This document shows, piece by piece, positions 59,010 through 64,000 of a stretch of DNA of 64,000 bases. The notes beneath the pieces were generated by a model. The model was not told where the DNA came from. It worked only from the letters and a program-made list of their open reading frames with translations, and ran no database searches. This DNA comes from Candidatus Falkowbacteria bacterium (GTDB lineage: Bacteria; Patescibacteriota; Patescibacteriia; XYB2-FULL-38-15): NCBI GenBank assembly GCA_016214745.1, contig JACRNW010000012.1:4368-68367 (forward strand), given 5' to 3'. Both the position numbers and the translations under genes were made by a program. Within the stretch, counting starts at the first letter, position 1; each line of letters opens with the position of its first letter.

Positions 59010-62000
59010 AGTTGGTACGCCGCGATACTCAAATCGAACGAAGTAAAAGTCCTCGCCACCCAAGTATTTATCCATTTTTTCATTGTGTGTCAAGAAAAAT
59101 CCTCGGCTTTCAAACCACTGTCGCACTCGTTCGTTCATTATCATTGCATATGATGTGCTTGCTCGCGCTTCCGCTTCAATCGGTACTTTGTATGCTGTCG
59201 CGATATCAAGGACGCGCTCCATCATTTTTCTTGCCAAACCTTTTCCTTGGTAGTTTGGCAAAATGGCCATATCATGCACATGAGCTGCGCGTTCGCTGGG
59301 ATTGACTTCCGATTCTTCAGGAAGAACAAGTAGGTAACCAGCGGCTTCTTTACCGGATCTGACGACAAAACTCGACGCGGCGCCGGGCACTTCCAATTCG
59401 CGCTGCTTGCGCAAAATATCAGCGATGTGCGCTTTCCCTTGAGTCATTCCTTGCGGATAAATTGCTTCTTCAAGTTTTGCAATGAGTTCCACATCTCTTT
59501 CAGTAAGATTGGCGTAAGTAATGGCTTCGTCTAAAGATTCAACGCCGCGAATTTTAGGCATATCATAAATTTGGTCGCCGCGCGCGTCGGAATATCCAAC
59601 ATGCGTTTTCGGCTCGTACACATTTTGTTCAAGCCTTCCACCAGGCGGAATCAAATCTGAATAACCAGTCCCAACTTTTACCGGACGACTCGTATATTCT
59701 GCCCAAAATGTTTGGTACACACGCGCTAAAAGCGGGGAAAGATTTTTGTAATTATTCGCCACCTCGATATTATCCAAGATCACCACATCTGAATTATCTC
59801 GACGATTCCGGCTGTCGACGATAACGGATTGCGCAACAATGCGTCCATTGTATTTGATAGTGAAGTATTGAGTGGAAGGATTAAACATGTAGTCAGTATT
59901 TTTGGAGTCGCCAAACGGCATGCAACAATCCGTATAGTTTCCACACACCCACCCTTCAGGGTCTGATTTTGCGTGAACTTGTGCTTCAACCAATGGACCA
60001 ACATCAACATTTTGTTCTTGAAGCAAGCGAATAACATCCTCCTCAATATCAACGGGTATATTTTGAAAAAGATCAGGTACTTCCATTTGTTTTTCGCCCA
60101 TTTTTCGGCCTTTGATTAGTTGCTTGAGTTGAAAGAATAACCCCTTAATGTCTTTAGCGGTGCCGCGGATTTTCATTTTTTGAGAACCTAATCCTTCTTT
60201 TAGGGCTTCAGTTAAGGCTCGGCCGGCAAAAATACGGCGGTGCGGTTCAAATGGTTGCTCGCTGTCCAATTTTCCCTCTGCGAGATCGTGAAAATCTGCT
60301 CTGCGTTTTAATTTTTCAAGCGCGCCAAGATTAAATCCTGGGGCGGCGGTAATTTCTAAAATTTCAGGAGGCAAACCGGAAAGATCAAGATTAGATTCAA
60401 CTGCAAACACTCGTTTTTTTAATTCACGCAAAGATGACACTGGACCATGATTTTGAAACGGATCGCGTTCTTTGTTATATCGTGGCAGGAAGTTAATAAA
60501 TTCTTGATTATCATCCATTGTCTGTATTCCATTCAAAATGCCTTTTGCTTCAGCTGGTTCAAGTCGTCGAATATTTGGCACCCAAAAAAGTACATCATGC
60601 CAATTTGCCAATCGTCCGTCGGTTCCTCGCGTTGCGTTAAACCGCAAAAGATAATTCTGCACCACCGTGCCGCCCGTATATTCTGCCGCTTCTTTATACC
60701 AACCTCTGATTTCTGGTGTTTGAGCCGCGAGACATAGTCTGAAATCAAGATCGTTTTTTGATTCAGGGGTTTCTGCAAAAATCTTTTGCCATTCGCGGCC
60801 TTCTGCGCTCGCGCGCCATTCGGCATAACGCACGAGGCCATTTGGGTCGCGCAAAACATAATCATTAGCGTACTCGTAATACATCTCAACTTCTGCCTGC
60901 GACACTGCGGTTTGTAATTCCGCTGGCCAATCAGCGACGGCAAAAGAAAGATCATCGCCTTCGTGTCCGTCAACAATACCTTTTAGATATCGCTGTTTAT
61001 CATGTGCTAAAGCAACGCCTCTCAAATCCTGTCCATGTTCCAATGCCTGAACGACAAGTCCAAGAGTTGCCTGTTTTCCTTGCTGTTCAGTTTGTTCTCT
61101 GCCATAACCACCGGCTTCCTGTTGTCCTAAAAGTGCAGCGATTAAATTACCATGTTGTTCAAGATATTTATTTAATTTATCTTGAGGCACGTCTGCAACG
61201 GATAAATCATAACGGCCCCAGTCAACCCACTGCTGATAAAATTTTGTTCCTTCAGCGCGATAGGGATTTTTCAAAAAAACTTGCAAGGCCAGCCAGTGCA
61301 TGCGCTTGCCTTCAAAAAATAAATCACGGCAAGCCCTTACGCCGATGACTTCTTCCCATGTTTTTCCTTCCGCTCGTTTTCCAAGCCGCTTTCGCGCCGC
61401 TTCAATTCTTGGCGCTTCGCGTTGCTGTAAATACTGCCAGACGCCTTTTTCAATGAGTTTGTGCGCTTCTGCTAACTGTTTTTTCAGTTTATCTGGTTCC
61501 ATTTTACTTACATCAAATCCGAGTTTTTCCAAAAGTTGCCAGCCGCTCATTTGACGGGAAACATCTCTATCATCAGCGGCGAGTATGCCTTTGGCGCGTT
61601 CCGGTCCTACGGCCTTCAAAAAATCATAAACCACCGCGTCGGAATAGTTATACGGCGACTGTTCTCCTCTGCGACAACGAAATTGCTCAATAAGTTCTGC
61701 GGTTTCCGGGTCTGCTTTTGCCGCGCGCAAACCTAAGGTCTCACGAACGCCAGTTTTTACTTGGGCAACCGCATTTTCTCTATCAATTTTTCCAAAAATA
61801 ACAGGCTTGTCATAAAATTTAGAAAGCACAAAATCAATTGTCGCTCCTTGCCGCTCGCTCTCGTTTGGTTCGGCGAAAAGTCGTTCCAGTCGTCTTGAAG
61901 TTCGCTCAAAATTTTGATAATCACGCAAAGCGTCACCAGACAGCAAGCCATATTTTTTTGCTATGGCCTCATACTTAAAATGTAATTGGCGCATGACCCT

Positions 62001-62924
62001 GCCGGAAGAAACGCCAGTCAATAATAGCTCGCGGTCGCGTATATTTTGACCAAGTTCTGCCGCCATTCTTTCTCGCGCCGCATGAATGACTGGGGCTCGA
62101 GCTTGACTTTCAATCTGGCCTCTTTCTTCCCAAGCTAAGTATTCGCCTGTTGGTAATTGTCCGTGTTCATTTACACCGCGTGCTTCAAAAGCAGTGCGCA
62201 CCGCTTCAGTCATGGATAAATTTGCTTGCTCAGAAAATTTGTCATTGTAATATATTGATAAATTTTCAGAAATTCTTGCGAGCTGATGTTTCATCGTGCG
62301 CACAAGCGGAGCAATGTTGCGCACATCCGGCTCAAACATTGTATTCGTTTGTTCATCCCAAGCACGCATGCCAAAATCGTTTACGCCAAGGTAGCGATTT
62401 TGTGAGCGAAGAAAATAGCGATGTGGCATAGCTACATCCGCCCCTTGCACATCTCGTCGAGTATCAATCCTGACATTCTCTTTCGCCCACGCCAACGCTA
62501 AAAGATCTGCGGTTGTAATTTCCGAGGCAGGAGAACCGTCGGGATTGTATTCGTCAGTTTTATAAATGGTTTTCTTTCCATTCTCTTCGCGAATAAAATA
62601 CTGCCCACCCAGCATGGCGATTTCTTCGTTGGTTAATCGCAGACGACGAATAACTGCGTCTTGATCTACTTCTTGGCCTTCCGCAAGCAAAAGCGGCAAC
62701 AATTCCTTAAAATGTTTTTCGGTAAAAGAAGACGCTTCGGTTTCAATATCTTTTCTTGTTAAGGGTTTTTCAGCTGCCTCAACTTCAAACTGTTCATCCA
62801 ATTCGGGATGATGACCGCCTTCTTTGCTTTTTGGAGTTTGCCGCCATTCCTCCAAACCCTCATCGATTTCTTTTGCCGCCTGACGTTTTGAATATCGTTC
62901 AGGCATTGAAAAACGTTCTGACAT
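58947..62924 (-). CDS. Large (about 1325 aa) protein with a C-terminal GNAT acetyltransferase domain
   Basis: HVHDMAILPNYQGKGLARKMM acetyl-CoA motif; upstream GNYTDCCM motif; rest unassigned. Confidence 0.8.
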   Translation of the reverse strand: MSERFSMPERYSKRQAAKEIDEGLEEWRQTPKSKEGGHHPELDEQFEVEAAEKPLTRKDIETEASSFTEKHFKELLPLLLAEGQEVDQDAVIRRLRLTNEEIAMLGGQYFIREENGKKTIYKTDEYNPDGSPASEITTADLLALAWAKENVRIDTRRDVQGADVAMPHRYFLRSQNRYLGVNDFGMRAWDEQTNTMFEPDVRNIAPLVRTMKHQLARISENLSIYYNDKFSEQANLSMTEAVRTAFEARGVNEHGQLPTGEYLAWEERGQIESQARAPVIHAARERMAAELGQNIRDRELLLTGVSSGRVMRQLHFKYEAIAKKYGLLSGDALRDYQNFERTSRRLERLFAEPNESERQGATIDFVLSKFYDKPVIFGKIDRENAVAQVKTGVRETLGLRAAKADPETAELIEQFRCRRGEQSPYNYSDAVVYDFLKAVGPERAKGILAADDRDVSRQMSGWQLLEKLGFDVSKMEPDKLKKQLAEAHKLIEKGVWQYLQQREAPRIEAARKRLGKRAEGKTWEEVIGVRACRDLFFEGKRMHWLALQVFLKNPYRAEGTKFYQQWVDWGRYDLSVADVPQDKLNKYLEQHGNLIAALLGQQEAGGYGREQTEQQGKQATLGLVVQALEHGQDLRGVALAHDKQRYLKGIVDGHEGDDLSFAVADWPAELQTAVSQAEVEMYYEYANDYVLRDPNGLVRYAEWRASAEGREWQKIFAETPESKNDLDFRLCLAAQTPEIRGWYKEAAEYTGGTVVQNYLLRFNATRGTDGRLANWHDVLFWVPNIRRLEPAEAKGILNGIQTMDDNQEFINFLPRYNKERDPFQNHGPVSSLRELKKRVFAVESNLDLSGLPPEILEITAAPGFNLGALEKLKRRADFHDLAEGKLDSEQPFEPHRRIFAGRALTEALKEGLGSQKMKIRGTAKDIKGLFFQLKQLIKGRKMGEKQMEVPDLFQNIPVDIEEDVIRLLQEQNVDVGPLVEAQVHAKSDPEGWVCGNYTDCCMPFGDSKNTDYMFNPSTQYFTIKYNGRIVAQSVIVDSRNRRDNSDVVILDNIEVANNYKNLSPLLARVYQTFWAEYTSRPVKVGTGYSDLIPPGGRLEQNVYEPKTHVGYSDARGDQIYDMPKIRGVESLDEAITYANLTERDVELIAKLEEAIYPQGMTQGKAHIADILRKQRELEVPGAASSFVVRSGKEAAGYLLVLPEESEVNPSERAAHVHDMAILPNYQGKGLARKMMERVLDIATAYKVPIEAEARASTSYAMIMNERVRQWFESRGFFLTHNEKMDKYLGGEDFYFVRFEYRGVPTGQKFPPLKPLPFCPHEFAGL

Positions 62925-63128
62925 AAATTTCAAAAATATTAAAATATTAAAATGATGCTAAATCACTACTCATAATTTATCATAAATCGAGTTCTAAAGC
63001 AATGAGGAGCAATACTTGCGCGCGCACGGGCGGGTGGGGCAAGCGCAAATAGTTTCGGCGGCGCATTCGCGTAAGCGAATACGAAAACTCGCGCCGTCGG
63101 CGAAAAAGCGGCGGGCGAAAATAAGGGC

Positions 63129-63251
63129 GGGCAAAAATTCCCTCCCCTAAAACCCCTTCCTTTTTGCCCGCACGAATTTGCGGGGTTGTAGGGGCGGCCA
63201 GCCCCTACACCATAAACCCCTAATAATTTTGTTCAAAAAAGGTTCGTATTT
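63129..63251. repeat. 123-bp inverted repeat B (right)
   Basis: Reverse complement of 58887-59009. Confidence 0.93.
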
Positions 63252-63302
63252 TATGCAGAACCCGTTTTGACGGGTTTATTTTTTAGAGTAAAATACCAAT
63301 AT

Positions 63303-63920
63303 ATGAAGTCTAAAAGTATTTACATAATAACTATCGTCCTCGCGATAATCTTGGCAGGATTTTTATATTTTATAATTAAAAGTAATAATAAAGAAATTGA
63401 ACTGCCCAAAATAAACTTTGATGCAGAAGCTCAACTGCCGAATGCCAATATTAATTTCAAATATCCGAAGGAGGGATTTTACAAACTAGGGATCAATCTG
63501 ACTGATTTGGCAACCAGTGAAACTTTAATATCCGGAATACATATTGAACCCACCGCAGAATTTGATAGGAACGCCCAAAGTGCTTACGTAGTGGAGGAGA
63601 TTAAATTGTTGAAGAATGAAAAAAATTTTAAAAACATGGAAGAGCTTGAGTCATTTTATAAAACAGATTTTAGTCTTTCGGAGTTTGAAAGAGAGTATGC
63701 TAAAGAAAATGGACATATTTTAGATATCAATGATAACAAATATTTTATATATAAAGTGACAGAAGACGCGACTGTGTGGCATGCATTAACTATCGCAGAA
63801 GAAGGTGTTATTGAAGTTAGTTTAGCTTACACCAATGGTTTTACCCCTTATTCAGAAAATATATACAAAAATAATGACGGACTCTTTTTGGAAATATTAG
63901 AAAATATTAATCCCAGATAA
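63303..63920 (+). CDS. Hypothetical protein with an N-terminal membrane anchor
   Basis: AT-rich ORF with one N-terminal TM helix; ATG 63303. Confidence 0.65.
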   Translation: MKSKSIYIITIVLAIILAGFLYFIIKSNNKEIELPKINFDAEAQLPNANINFKYPKEGFYKLGINLTDLATSETLISGIHIEPTAEFDRNAQSAYVVEEIKLLKNEKNFKNMEELESFYKTDFSLSEFEREYAKENGHILDINDNKYFIYKVTEDATVWHALTIAEEGVIEVSLAYTNGFTPYSENIYKNNDGLFLEILENINPR

Positions 63921-64000
63921 TAATCCGAACGCCTGACAAAAATTATAAATGAAAACAACGGCTTTTCCGGCCACTGTTTTTATTTTTACTCAGCCACGAC

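Larger units (their letters stand above)
56999..63251. mobile_element. Integrative element at tRNA-Glu (serine recombinase plus large GNAT cargo gene)
   Basis: Integrase abuts the tRNA 3' end; bounded by the outer copies of two inverted-repeat pairs. Confidence 0.7.

Noticed and set aside
1-64000. CRISPR array, rRNA, prophage
   Set aside because: No regularly spaced direct repeats with unique spacers, no rRNA-like sequence, no phage structural genes

Overview
About 64 kb of AT-rich bacterial chromosome that looks like Patescibacteria (CPR, Parcubacteria-like). This is an inference from gene content, from core genes that start after AT-rich, Shine-Dalgarno-less leaders (…aatttATG), and from the DGR architecture. 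Housekeeping genes: ychF, rpsF-ssb-rpsR, epmA-efp, recA, ftsK, glycosyltransferases, PGI/PMI, uvrB/uvrA/uvrC, a Xer recombinase, rpsO, pnp, dksA-like, lspA, comM, an M23 peptidase, hppA, a VanW protein, Hsp20 and 4 tRNAs. Most notable: (1) A complete diversity-generating retroelement (target VR 38266-38385, TR 38741-38860, avd, RT). Its avd and RT genes overlap head-to-head across one G10 tract, and removing one G puts both genes in frame with host-style ATG starts, so this is a candidate single-tract phase switch. (2) A second DGR-target-like gene 11 kb away that shares the target's promoter and leader. (3) Several families of palindromic repeats that nest inside each other and insert in frame into proteins (UvrB, UvrC, the DGR RT). 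(4) A serine-recombinase element at tRNA-Glu with two adjacent pairs of perfect long inverted repeats, one of which would swap the recombinase C-terminus. (5) About 10 GC-rich solo orphan genes with strong AGGAGG-type sites, unlike the host genes. (6) Three promoter-preceded structured non-coding segments that I cannot assign to a known family. All alignments and counts were done by eye; no database searches were run.
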